Positions 50,838-59,863 of a stretch of DNA of 64,000 nt are shown in pieces. Source of the stretch: an uncultured Verrucomicrobiae bacterium (GTDB taxonomy: Bacteria > Verrucomicrobiota > Verrucomicrobiia > Limisphaerales > UBA11358). The first letter of the stretch is position 1. Every line of letters starts with the position of its first letter. The notes below the pieces were generated by a model, which had not been told where the DNA came from, searched no databases, and worked only from the letters and a program-made list of their open reading frames with translations. The stretch is taken from positions 177,939 to 241,938 of the forward strand of contig CAVXQV010000009.1 in assembly GCA_963764035.1 (NCBI GenBank), given 5' to 3'. The translations under genes were made by a program, and so were the position numbers.

Positions 50838-53639
50838 TTGCCCGCAACCTATGCGCCCGTGCAGGATTTGATCAATAAAATTGAAACCGCCGCCGAAACG
50901 CGTCTGACGCTCCCGGCGGCCAGCACCGCCCCTGAAAAACTGGCGTCTTACAAGGGGTTCCTCAAGGTCCAGACACACCGGCTCAAGTTGCTGCACCGGC
51001 AGGGTGCGGGCGGGCGGGAAATCTGTGCGGGCCGGGCGGCTATGCTGGATGCGCTGCTGCGGCACTTGTGGACGACGGCCAAAAGCAGCCTGTCGGAGCA
51101 GGCGCAGAAGGAATTCCCGCCGCTGGCGCTGGTGGCCATCGGCGGCTATGGCCGCGGAGAGTTGAACCCGCACAGTGACATTGACTTCATGTTCCTGCAC
51201 GACGGCCAGATCGCGGCCAACAAACCGCTGCCGTATCTGTCCCGGCTGATTGACGGCGTGTTGTATCCGTTGTGGGACATCGGGCTGAAGGTCGGCTATT
51301 CGGTCCGCAGCATTGACGATTGTGTGAAGGTGGCCAACTCGGACATGCAGTCCAAAACGTCGCTCATCGAAGCGCGGCTGGTGGCCGGCGACGAGGGGAT
51401 GTTCAAGAAATTTCAAAAGGCGCTCGTGGCGAAGTGCGTGGACGGCTTTGAAGACAAATACATCACCCTGCGTCTCGAAGACCAGGCGACGCGCCGGTCG
51501 AAATACGGCAACTCCGCCTGCATGCAGGAGCCGAACCTCAAGAACGGCTGCGGCGGCCTGCGCGATTTCCAAAACCTGCTGTGGATGGCGTTTTTCAAAT
51601 ACCGCACCCGCTCGCTCCGCGAACTGGAACAGCGCGAGTTCGTCGGCGAAACCGAGCAAAAGCAGCTCGACGCCGCCTATGACTTCCTGCTGCGCACGCG
51701 GACGGAACTGCACTATCACGCCAACCGCCCGCTGGATGCCTTGGGGAAAAATTTGCAGCCCGCCGTTGCCCTCGGCCTCGGCTACGGCGACCGCTCCCCC
51801 AGCCGGCGCATCGAGAAATTCATGCGCGACCTTTACACGCACATGCGGAACATTTTCCTCATCACGCGCACGCTCGAACAGCGCCTGGCCCTGCTGCCGG
51901 CGGCGCCCAGCCGGCTTTCGTTGCGCGCCTGGCTGCCCAAACGCAGCCGGACGGTCGAGCCGGTGGACGGATTCCTGTTTGTGGACGGCGAGATTTGCGC
52001 GGCGTCCAGCCGCATTTTCCGAGAACAGCCGTGGCGATTGATGCGCGTTTTTCTCCAGGCGCAACAGCGCCACTTGAAGCTCCATCCCGACCTTGCGCAA
52101 CTCATCCGCAGCGAGCTTTCGCTCGTGGACCGGGATTTCCTGAACGATGAGCACGTGCGCGAGACCTTCCTGACCATCCTGGAACGCCGCGGCGAGGTGG
52201 CGCCGGTGCTGCGGGCGATGCACGAGGTAAACCTGCTCGGCAAATACATTCCCGAATTCGGCAAGCTGACCTGCCTGGTGCAGCATGAGTTCTACCACCA
52301 ATACGCCGCCGACGAGCATACGCTGGTTTGTCTGGAACAACTGGACCGCGTGTGGGAGGCGAAGGACGAACCGTATGCGCATTACGCCCCGCTGTTTCAA
52401 GGTCTGGAACGGCCCGGCCTGCTCTATCTGGCGTTGTTGCTGCACGACGTGGGCAAATCGGAGGGGCATAAACGGGGCGACCATCCCCAGGTCAGCGCGG
52501 AAATGGCGATGCGCGCGGCGAAGCGCCTGCAACTGGAATCTTCGGCGGCACACCTCCTGCGCGTCATCATTGAAAACCACCTGCTCATGGCCAGCGTCTC
52601 GCAGCGGCGCGACCTCGACGACCCGGTGGTCATCCGCCAATTTGCGGCGCGGATGGAGACCCTCGAGGCGGTCAACCTGCTCGCGCTGCTGACATTCGCC
52701 GATTCGCAGGGCACCAGCGACAAGTTGTGGAACGGGTTCAAAGACTCGCTGCTCTGGCAACTGCATACGCGCGCGACGGCGCTGCTCGCCGGCGGCACGG
52801 AATTCGTCCGCGCCGAAGAGAAACAGCGCGAGCAGCTTTCGGCGGATGTCCGCCAACTGGCGCCCAAACACATTTCCACCGAGGAGGTGGAAGCGCATTT
52901 CGCCACGCTGCCGCCGCGTTATTTCCAGATTCACACGGCCAGGGAGATTCTGGACGACCTCGAACTCGCCCATCAATTCATGCTACAATTGATTCTTGAA
53001 AATGACCGGGCGCTCACTCCCGTGATTGCGTGGCAGGACGAACCCGACCGCGGCTACAGCACCGTCAAGATTTGCACTTGGGACCGCGCCGGCCTGTTCA
53101 GCAAGCACGCCGGCTCGTTGAGCGCCGTCGGAATCAACATCCTGGGCGCGCGGATTTTCACCCGCGCCGACGGCATCGCCCTCGATACGTTCCACGTAAA
53201 CGATGGTCGCACCGGCAATCTCGCCACCCCGGAGCAACACGACAAGTTCGCCGTGCTTCTGGAAAAAGTGCTGGCCGGCGAGAGCGTGAACCTGACCGCG
53301 CTCATCGCACGCCAAATCACGGGCCGACCGGTGTATGAGGCATATACGGGCGAACGGATGGCGACGCAGATTCATTTCGACAACGAGGCTTCCGAATTGC
53401 GGACCCTCATTGAAATCCAGAGCGAAGACCGGCTGGGGCTGCTTTACGCGATTTCCCTGACCCTGTCCGAGCTGGCGCTGGACATTGCCCGGGCGCGCAT
53501 CGTAACCGAGCGCGGAGCGGCCATTGACAGTTTTTACATCACCGAACTGGAAGGCGGCAAGATTTTGTCCGCAGAGCGGCAGCGGCAGATTGAAAGCGCC
53601 TTGCGGCAGGCGATTCAGCGGCTGGAAACGGCGGCGTGA
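50838..53639 (+). CDS. glnD: [Protein-PII] uridylyltransferase
   Basis: ALVAIGGYGRGELNPHSDID; EPNLKNGCGGLRD; HQYAADEHTL; LLHDVGK; two ACT domains (DRAGLF, EDRLGLLY). Start uncertain by a few codons. Confidence 0.96.
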   Translation: MPATYAPVQDLINKIETAAETRLTLPAASTAPEKLASYKGFLKVQTHRLKLLHRQGAGGREICAGRAAMLDALLRHLWTTAKSSLSEQAQKEFPPLALVAIGGYGRGELNPHSDIDFMFLHDGQIAANKPLPYLSRLIDGVLYPLWDIGLKVGYSVRSIDDCVKVANSDMQSKTSLIEARLVAGDEGMFKKFQKALVAKCVDGFEDKYITLRLEDQATRRSKYGNSACMQEPNLKNGCGGLRDFQNLLWMAFFKYRTRSLRELEQREFVGETEQKQLDAAYDFLLRTRTELHYHANRPLDALGKNLQPAVALGLGYGDRSPSRRIEKFMRDLYTHMRNIFLITRTLEQRLALLPAAPSRLSLRAWLPKRSRTVEPVDGFLFVDGEICAASSRIFREQPWRLMRVFLQAQQRHLKLHPDLAQLIRSELSLVDRDFLNDEHVRETFLTILERRGEVAPVLRAMHEVNLLGKYIPEFGKLTCLVQHEFYHQYAADEHTLVCLEQLDRVWEAKDEPYAHYAPLFQGLERPGLLYLALLLHDVGKSEGHKRGDHPQVSAEMAMRAAKRLQLESSAAHLLRVIIENHLLMASVSQRRDLDDPVVIRQFAARMETLEAVNLLALLTFADSQGTSDKLWNGFKDSLLWQLHTRATALLAGGTEFVRAEEKQREQLSADVRQLAPKHISTEEVEAHFATLPPRYFQIHTAREILDDLELAHQFMLQLILENDRALTPVIAWQDEPDRGYSTVKICTWDRAGLFSKHAGSLSAVGINILGARIFTRADGIALDTFHVNDGRTGNLATPEQHDKFAVLLEKVLAGESVNLTALIARQITGRPVYEAYTGERMATQIHFDNEASELRTLIEIQSEDRLGLLYAISLTLSELALDIARARIVTERGAAIDSFYITELEGGKILSAERQRQIESALRQAIQRLETAA

Positions 53640-53719
53640 ATTCCGCGCGGCGGGACAAACCAGTTGCCAGACGCCGTGCGGTCTGATAAAACAGCCTCGC
53701 CGGATTTGTTTCGGGCTTG

Positions 53720-54331
53720 TCACGCCGAAGCGAAGCGAAGGCGGGTGTGGTTCAGTGGTAGAATGCGGGCTTCCCAAGCCTGAGATGAGGGTTCGATTCC
53801 CTTCACCCGCTCCAATTCAGAACTTGACGCGTGTTCAACGAGGAACAACCACGGTTTTACGCAATAACCACGGGCTTTTTTGCTGTCGAGGACTAGGTTC
53901 GAGCCGAAGACTTCGAGAGCGAGAACCCGCTTTTCTCGAAGCGAACCTCCATCAGCGATTTTACCCGCGTGTTTAGCGGTTAAAATCCACTTTTTGAACG
54001 GTTCGAGCCAATCGGCTCGGCCTGCCTTGAGGCGGGCTTTCTGTTCCTCCAACGTTTTTTTCTGGCTCATCAATTTGGCCTTCTCCGCCGCAAATGTTTC
54101 GCGGTCAATCAACTCGTCCAGGAACGAATCCAAAAGCCGTTGCAGGCGGTCATTGATCTTCTGAATCTCCGCCTGCCGTTGCGCCGCTAATTGCTCGGCG
54201 GATTGGGCTGACTGCTTTTCTTCGTTCTTAACCCGTGTCAGCATTTCCTCCGCCCAATCCGCCCGGAGCGCAAACGGCTTCAACAAGGCCGTGACTTCAT
54301 GGTTCAAGGCCTCTTCGCGAAATCGGAACAA
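53720..54331 (-). pseudogene. C-terminal remnant of a probable large serine recombinase, reading antisense through tRNA-Gly
   Basis: Coiled coil ...KINDRLQRLLDSFLDELIDRETFAAEKAKL...EKR.L...GSNLVL. No catalytic N-terminus. The tail ERVKGIEPSSQAWEARILPLNHTR is the tRNA antisense. Confidence 0.6.
53741..53814 (+). tRNA. tRNA-Gly(CCC)
   Basis: gcgggtg...tggta...cgggc-ttCCCaa-gcctg...ggttcgattccc...cacccgc-tCCA cloverleaf. Confidence 0.95.
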
Positions 54332-54467
54332 TCAGCCGCTGATCGGGGAAAGTCGTTGATGGAGAGGCGAAAGTCCAAGCCTGACCGGGGAAAGTCAGAC
54401 GCCGACTTTACCCTTTCGGCGATGAACTTTCCCCGGTCGAAGACCGACTTTATCCTGTCATCGTCAT
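54321..54467. repeat. Degenerate 21-bp array (about 7 units) whose cores invert halfway
   Basis: GAAAGTC at 54348, 54369 and 54390, then (G/A)ACTTT at 54404, 54425 and 54446. gaccggggaaagt and actttccccggtc are reverse complements. Confidence 0.75.
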
Positions 54468-54682
54468 TTTTGCCGGGAAAATTGCCGCGCCAAAACGGTT
54501 TTTTGGGCCGGCGGATATCGCATCCTCCTGTCGGGCACAGCCTGCGAAGAGGGTCAGAGGAGGGGGTCCTGATTGTTATGACGATTTCTTTGCCATGCGG
54601 CGATTGGGCACCGGAAAGGAGGCAGCGTCAATTCCGCAATCCCTCCTCCGTCCTGCGGATGCCGGCGACGGCGAGGCGGGAA

Positions 54683-55435
54683 TCAGTTTTCAGCACTTTC
54701 CAGGTCGTCCTCGTCGAAGCCGATCACCGGTTTGCGATAGATTTCGAAATGTTCCGGCTCTTTTTCGGGGTCACGGTAAAAGCGGCCCATGACTTTCCGC
54801 TGTTGCTGACGCCAGTCTGCGCCCAGCGCTTCCCAGCCGCCGGCCCAGATGAAATGGAGTTTATCCAGCCGGGCGATGCGTTCGGCGGAGAGGGTTCCGG
54901 CCTGACGTGCCTTGCGCTGGGCCTGCACCCAGATGCCCAGCGCGGGCTGTTCGGGCCAGGGACACGGCACATAAGAATGGCCGAATCGCTGTAGGAAGAG
55001 CAGGAGATCGTCATACTTGATGTCCCATACCTCGTCCGGACCCGGGTCGCTGATCGTGTCATCAAGGACTGCGACATCTGCGGTCGGGACCTCTGCGGTC
55101 GGGACGTCTCCGGTTGGGACGTCTCCGGTTGGGACATTTTCGGTCACAATATTCAATCCAAGACTTCTCCGCATGTTCAGCGAACATGGGAACCCGGCGG
55201 CTTCGAGCCGTTGCAGACGGTCCGGGGGCATGGTGCCCGCAGCCATGCGCGTCCGTTGCCGGGTGGCCCACCATGCCAGCGATTTATGTTCAGGGTCCGT
55301 GATCGGGATGTGGAAATGGCCGTGCTGCCGTTTGAACCCCAGGAGTCTGGCAAAAAACGATTCCCAAGCGGCATTGCTGGCTGCTCTCCGGGTTTGCGCG
55401 GCGTGCGCCGGCACCGGCTGGTCTGACGGAACCAT
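54683..55435 (-). CDS. Stand-alone helicase-associated (HA) domain protein, two HA repeats
   Basis: WESFFARLLGFKRQHGHFHIP...LAWWATRQR...RLQRLEAAGF and WDIKYDDLLLFLQRFGHSYVP...LGIWVQAQR...ERIARLDKLHFIW. Confidence 0.8.
   Translation of the reverse strand: MVPSDQPVPAHAAQTRRAASNAAWESFFARLLGFKRQHGHFHIPITDPEHKSLAWWATRQRTRMAAGTMPPDRLQRLEAAGFPCSLNMRRSLGLNIVTENVPTGDVPTGDVPTAEVPTADVAVLDDTISDPGPDEVWDIKYDDLLLFLQRFGHSYVPCPWPEQPALGIWVQAQRKARQAGTLSAERIARLDKLHFIWAGGWEALGADWRQQQRKVMGRFYRDPEKEPEHFEIYRKPVIGFDEDDLESAEN
55073..55147. repeat. 5 x 15-bp coding tandem repeat (VPTGD/VPTAE linker)
   Basis: gacatctgcggtcgg, gacctctgcggtcgg, gacgtctccggttgg x2, gacattttcggtcac. Confidence 0.8.
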
Positions 55436-55582
55436 GAATCCAATATGGGATTTGCGCCGGCGCGGCGCTCGCCATCTTTTGCCAATTTATAGGCAGCGAT
55501 TGCCCATTGGAAAACACGGAAATTCGACACGTCGCCTTTGATTCCTCTCCCCGGTCCGGGCGGATATGCAATGGCAGCGAGC

Positions 55583-56407
55583 TTACTCAAACATGCTCTT
55601 GGCCGCGGGCGTCGCAGAGGGGGCCGGACGATGGGCGCGGAGGGCCTTGACTTCCTCCAGCGTCACTTCAAGCCCGGAGTTGCCGAATGAATTGTAAACG
55701 TAGGTCAGGACGTTCGCGATGTCATCGTCGGTGAGCGGGAAGGACGGCATGTTGTTGTTGAACTTCTGCCCGTTGACCACGACTTCGCCTTGCCGGCCAA
55801 AGAGGACGGTCTGGATGGCGCGGTTCTTGTCGGCATTCAGATAATCGGAGCCGGCCAGGGGCGGGAACATGTTCGGGAGGCCCACGCCGGTGGGCTTGTG
55901 GCAGGCGGCACAGATGGAATTGAACAGCCGCCGGCCTGTTTGAATTTTCTCGGTTTTGGATTTCGCGGCGCCGGGCAGCGGAGGCTCGCCACGAGGACCG
56001 CCATTGTCCACCCACTTGAGGATGGCCATCCGCTCTTCGTCGGTGATGGCCAGTGATTCGGGGCTGTTGGCCACGGGCATGGCTTCCTTGTAATAGGAGC
56101 CCTTCCAACTGTCCCAGATGCGGCGGCGGATTTCCCAGCGGTCAGCGTAGGCGGTCTTAAAGTCCAGCCAGTCGTAAACGAAGCGGGACTGCTGGTTGTG
56201 GCAGCGGGAGCAATTGCCCATGAAAATCGGCTGGATGTCACGGAGGTAGGTGGGCGCCTGGTTCGTCGCCGATGCCGCGGCATTGCCGGCCGGTGGAGCG
56301 CTCTGCGCGCACGCTTTGGTGAAGGCGACACAAACAATCAATGCCGTGGCGGCCAACCGGTCCAATCGGACCCGGCGACACTGGTTCAGAAATAGTGAGG
56401 TATGCAT
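55583..56407 (-). CDS. Periplasmic diheme cytochrome c
   Basis: Signal peptide; IQPIFMGNCSRCH...AMP; CAACHKPTGVGLPNMFPPLAGSD...MP. Confidence 0.9.
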   Translation of the reverse strand: MHTSLFLNQCRRVRLDRLAATALIVCVAFTKACAQSAPPAGNAAASATNQAPTYLRDIQPIFMGNCSRCHNQQSRFVYDWLDFKTAYADRWEIRRRIWDSWKGSYYKEAMPVANSPESLAITDEERMAILKWVDNGGPRGEPPLPGAAKSKTEKIQTGRRLFNSICAACHKPTGVGLPNMFPPLAGSDYLNADKNRAIQTVLFGRQGEVVVNGQKFNNNMPSFPLTDDDIANVLTYVYNSFGNSGLEVTLEEVKALRAHRPAPSATPAAKSMFE

Positions 56408-56452
56408 GACAACTGGGGGTTGGTGTTAATAATCTCCTCGTCAAACTGTGAC

Positions 56453-57841
56453 TTAAAATCCATAGGAAAGCTGGAAGATGAGCTGGTCCACCTGGGCGGG
56501 GTCGTTGCTGTGGACAAACTCGTAGTCGCCTTCGAGGAGCAGTGTGTTTGTGATGTAGTAAACGAAACCGGCGGTCCACCGCCGGGTGTTGTAAAACCCA
56601 TCGCTGTCAAAGGCGTTGTGCAGCGAGTCGTAGCGGCCCACAACTTCAACGTTGTTGATAACCGGCAGTTCCATGTTCAACCCGGCCAGCTTGTATCCCG
56701 CCTGTGCCCACCAGCCCTGCTGGCTGATCATCCCGCTGTCGCTGCCGTATCGGCTAAGGATATACTCGCCCTTCGCCTCGAACGATGCCCCCAGATGCAG
56801 GGCCGCGTCAAACACGCCCGCAGTGTAAAGATGATTCCCGGCGTCATCCCATTCACCCGACTGGCCGGAGACGCCAAATTCCAGGTCGTAATGGGGCTTG
56901 AAGGGCACGAAGAAGCCCGCGCGCCCGCCGCCAACGGGGCGTCCGTGCAGGTTGGCCACGGTGTTGTCGGACTTGGTGCCGACATTGCCGCCCAAATCCA
57001 GCGAGCCGGGATCCGAGGTTCCGTCTGAAGAACTTGGCCCGTTCACCCCGTAAACCTGGTAGTTGAGCAACTTGCCGGCGTCGCCAATTGGAAGGCCACC
57101 TTGCAACATCGCACCCACGCCACTGCCAGGAATGAGCGACACCGCCAGCGGGTCATCCGGGAATTTGTTCAGCCATCCCGCACTGCGCACGCTGTAAGTT
57201 CCCAGCGGGAGCAGCAGGTCGCCGGCGCAGAACGTGACGTAATTGTTCATCACGTAATCCAGTTGCGCGAAGCTCAAATCGAAGCTGGTGGTGGAACCGC
57301 TGTCATGGCTCACGTTCGGGTCACCCGGCGTCGGCGCCGAACCGTTCTGCAAGACGGTGTCGAAGCCGGCCTCAAACAGGATGTTGTCGCCGCCGCGATA
57401 CAGGAAGATGGGGGCGAAATCGGCAAGGGCGAAAGCCCCGTGCTGGCCGGACGCCTTGACATATTGAAACTCCGCGTCGCCGAGAATCATGAAGTTGTGG
57501 TTGACGGTGGCTTCATCAATCGGCTCCCGTGGCAGCGGTTGCGTCTGTGCCGCCTCGATGCTCTTTTGTGCGGCGTTGGTGGCGATCTGTTCGGTCTCGG
57601 CCAGCTTCTCCTGAAGCTGCTGGATCTGTTCCGTGTCCTTCTCGTGAATCTGCCGCTGCAGGTTGTTCGTTTGCACCAGGCTCTGGACCTGTTCGGACAA
57701 CTTCTGCACCGCCTCCTTCAAGTTGTTGAAATCGGCCTCGCTCACTTGTGCCGCCACCCGCGGCGGCATCGCCAGCCACAGGGCGCAGCCCGCAGCCATC
57801 AGTCCAATCATCCAGCGGTTTGTTTTCAGGGTCGTTTTCAT
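56453..57841 (-). CDS. Outer-membrane beta-barrel porin with N-terminal coiled coil
   Basis: Start MKTTLK with signal peptide; Q/E-rich coil; amphipathic strands; ends LIFQLSYGF*. Confidence 0.8.
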   Translation of the reverse strand: MKTTLKTNRWMIGLMAAGCALWLAMPPRVAAQVSEADFNNLKEAVQKLSEQVQSLVQTNNLQRQIHEKDTEQIQQLQEKLAETEQIATNAAQKSIEAAQTQPLPREPIDEATVNHNFMILGDAEFQYVKASGQHGAFALADFAPIFLYRGGDNILFEAGFDTVLQNGSAPTPGDPNVSHDSGSTTSFDLSFAQLDYVMNNYVTFCAGDLLLPLGTYSVRSAGWLNKFPDDPLAVSLIPGSGVGAMLQGGLPIGDAGKLLNYQVYGVNGPSSSDGTSDPGSLDLGGNVGTKSDNTVANLHGRPVGGGRAGFFVPFKPHYDLEFGVSGQSGEWDDAGNHLYTAGVFDAALHLGASFEAKGEYILSRYGSDSGMISQQGWWAQAGYKLAGLNMELPVINNVEVVGRYDSLHNAFDSDGFYNTRRWTAGFVYYITNTLLLEGDYEFVHSNDPAQVDQLIFQLSYGF

Positions 57842-57867
57842 TCGCGGTTCAGGTAATGGGGGTTTGG

Positions 57868-58239
57868 TCAACGACCGCTGTTTTCCTGGAGGTATTGCAG
57901 GATGAGTTTTGACTGCTCCGGAGGGATGTTTGCGCGCACCTCCATGTGGAGCATGATGGTTTTCCACTGCGCCGCCGTCCGTTCGGTGGGGTAGCGCTCG
58001 GGATGGCACCGGTTGCAGTGCATCGAGTAAAGCTCCGCACCGGCGAGCTGTTTCTTGACCGCCGGTGGTTTTGCGACGGGAGGCGCGACCGCCGGAGCTA
58101 CGGAATTGGTTGGCGTCGGCGCGGCGGACGCCGTATCGGCGGCACGGAGGCTGGACACCGGCGCGCCGAACAACCAGGCGGCAAGCAGAGCGGCGGCGGT
58201 GGTTGCAACTCTCACTCTTGAATTGGGGGATGTGTTCAT
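57868..58239 (-). CDS. Small monoheme cytochrome c
   Basis: Signal peptide, Pro/Ala linker, GAELYSMHCNRCH...W..IMLHM..RA...ILQYL. Confidence 0.88.
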   Translation of the reverse strand: MNTSPNSRVRVATTAAALLAAWLFGAPVSSLRAADTASAAPTPTNSVAPAVAPPVAKPPAVKKQLAGAELYSMHCNRCHPERYPTERTAAQWKTIMLHMEVRANIPPEQSKLILQYLQENSGR

Positions 58240-58656
58240 GTTCCGGACGGGTTATGGCTGGCGGTCAAATCGCCGCAATCAAAACGGCGTCATTTTCAAT
58301 TATTGATTTCATCTAATGTTAACCAGAATAGAATCTATTGCGCTGGCCGCGGGGTTCTCTCCATTTCTTGCCATTGACCGGACATTTTTTGTCTTGTTCA
58401 TCAACGGGTAAACCAATCGCCAGCCGGTTGGGAGACCGCGGAAGGAAGTTGTAACTTGAAGGCGTGACACGAAACACGACGCCTCGTTCCCGCCATTTTG
58501 CGTCAGCCGGCGGACGCGGCGGGGCCGGACGGTGCCCGCCTGCGGAAAACCTTCGCGCCCGGAGACGGACGGCGGAAAATCAGTTAATCCGTTCCCGGTT
58601 CCACAGGCCTGCGCGCGAGCCTGCGCGCGAGGGGTGCGGCGGACGCCGGCTCTCGG

Positions 58657-59160
58657 TCAATGTCCGCCAAGCTGCAGCCGGGTGTCGGCTTCGAGCAGGG
58701 TTTTGAGGTTCGCCCAATGCGCCTCGTTCATGTCGTTGAAGGCGTTCAGATAAACCGCCACGGTTTCCGGCGGATATTTTCCGAGCAGGATTTCAATCGC
58801 CGCCTTCAAATTCGCGTCGTCCATGGCCGCCGGCAAATCCTCCACCACGCCGTCCTTGTTTTGGATGCCGAGCGCGGTCAGGAAATCCACCAGCATGGCC
58901 CTGTGCTTGTTCACCAGCCAGGCGCGGACCAGCCCGCCGGCGGCGGTTTCCAGCGCCGGGCGCGCCAGCGAGGCAATCATCTCGGCGTGCTGCTGGGCGC
59001 GGGGCTGGCGTTCCAAAAAGACCGGGCGCACGCGCCGCATCTGGGCGACGGCGGCCAGCGTGGCCTTGTAAACCGGCTTGTCCGACTCGTGGGTGAAGGC
59101 GACAATTTCAGCCGCCAGCGCCGGCGACATGAAGCCGAACAGTTCGTGGGAGGTGAGCAT
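58657..59160 (-). CDS. Hypothetical protein
   Basis: 167-aa ORF with typical codon usage (RRVRPVFL...MLVDFLTALGI...VAVYLNAF). Confidence 0.7.
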   Translation of the reverse strand: MLTSHELFGFMSPALAAEIVAFTHESDKPVYKATLAAVAQMRRVRPVFLERQPRAQQHAEMIASLARPALETAAGGLVRAWLVNKHRAMLVDFLTALGIQNKDGVVEDLPAAMDDANLKAAIEILLGKYPPETVAVYLNAFNDMNEAHWANLKTLLEADTRLQLGGH

Positions 59161-59479
59161 AATTTTAACCCCGGATGAAAACGGATTTACGCGGATGAAA
59201 AATCAAATCACTGTTGGTTGACACTTCAATACTCTGCGAACCGGCTGCGATGCTGTAAAGTATTTAATCGCCGCCGGCTTCCAAAACGGTTTCCCGCCGG
59301 TTTTGGGGAAGGCAATTAAAATCACTTTCCTGACAAAATAGGGAGAGCCGCATTTGGCGGAACCGTTCACCATGTCCGCCATCAAGCTTCCAAAACTTCC
59401 CTCACCTCCCGCGGGGTCCTCCGCGTGGACGGGTGAATTCCGCCGGCTTCCCGGCACGTTCCCACCGGCATTTAACGAT

Positions 59480-59772
59480 TTCGCCGGAGGCATTTTCGCG
59501 TTGCCGGAGGCCGGCCGGATTTTCCCGGATTCATTCCACGGTTTCCCGGAATCATTTTGCGGGTTCCCCAAACCATTCCGCGGTTTCGCGGAATCATTGG
59601 ACGCGTTCGCGGAACGATTCCGGGAGTTCGCGGAATCATTTGACGGTTTCCCGGAACCATTCCGGGCTTTCGCGGAATCATTTTTAGAACCCGAAAAATC
59701 ATTCCGGGAGTCCGAAAAATCATTTGACGGTTTCGCGGAATCATTCCGCGAACCCGCGGAATGGCCTGGAAA
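59480..59772. repeat. Degenerate tandem array, about 14 x 21 bp, dyad core CGCGGAAT-C-ATTCCGCG
   Basis: 12 in-phase units from 59521 (tttcccggattcattccacgg, tttcccggaatcattttgcgg ... tttcgcggaatcattccgcga, acccgcggaatggcctggaaa) plus two decayed units upstream. Confidence 0.92.
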
Positions 59773-59863
59773 CCCCGCTTTTTCGCAAAAACCGCCCAAA
59801 AATGCCAGTTACCACCCCTTTCCCTTTCCGTAACCACAACACTGACCAAAAAAAGACAAAAAA

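Noticed and set aside
56453..58239. Cyc2 iron oxidase call
   Set aside because: Cytochrome and barrel are separate ORFs, each with its own signal peptide, and the barrel has no N-terminal CxxCH.
58303..58316. FNR box upstream of the monoheme operon (TTGATttcaTCTAA)
   Set aside because: The right half-site departs from ATCAA and the region is AT-rich, so the match is too weak.
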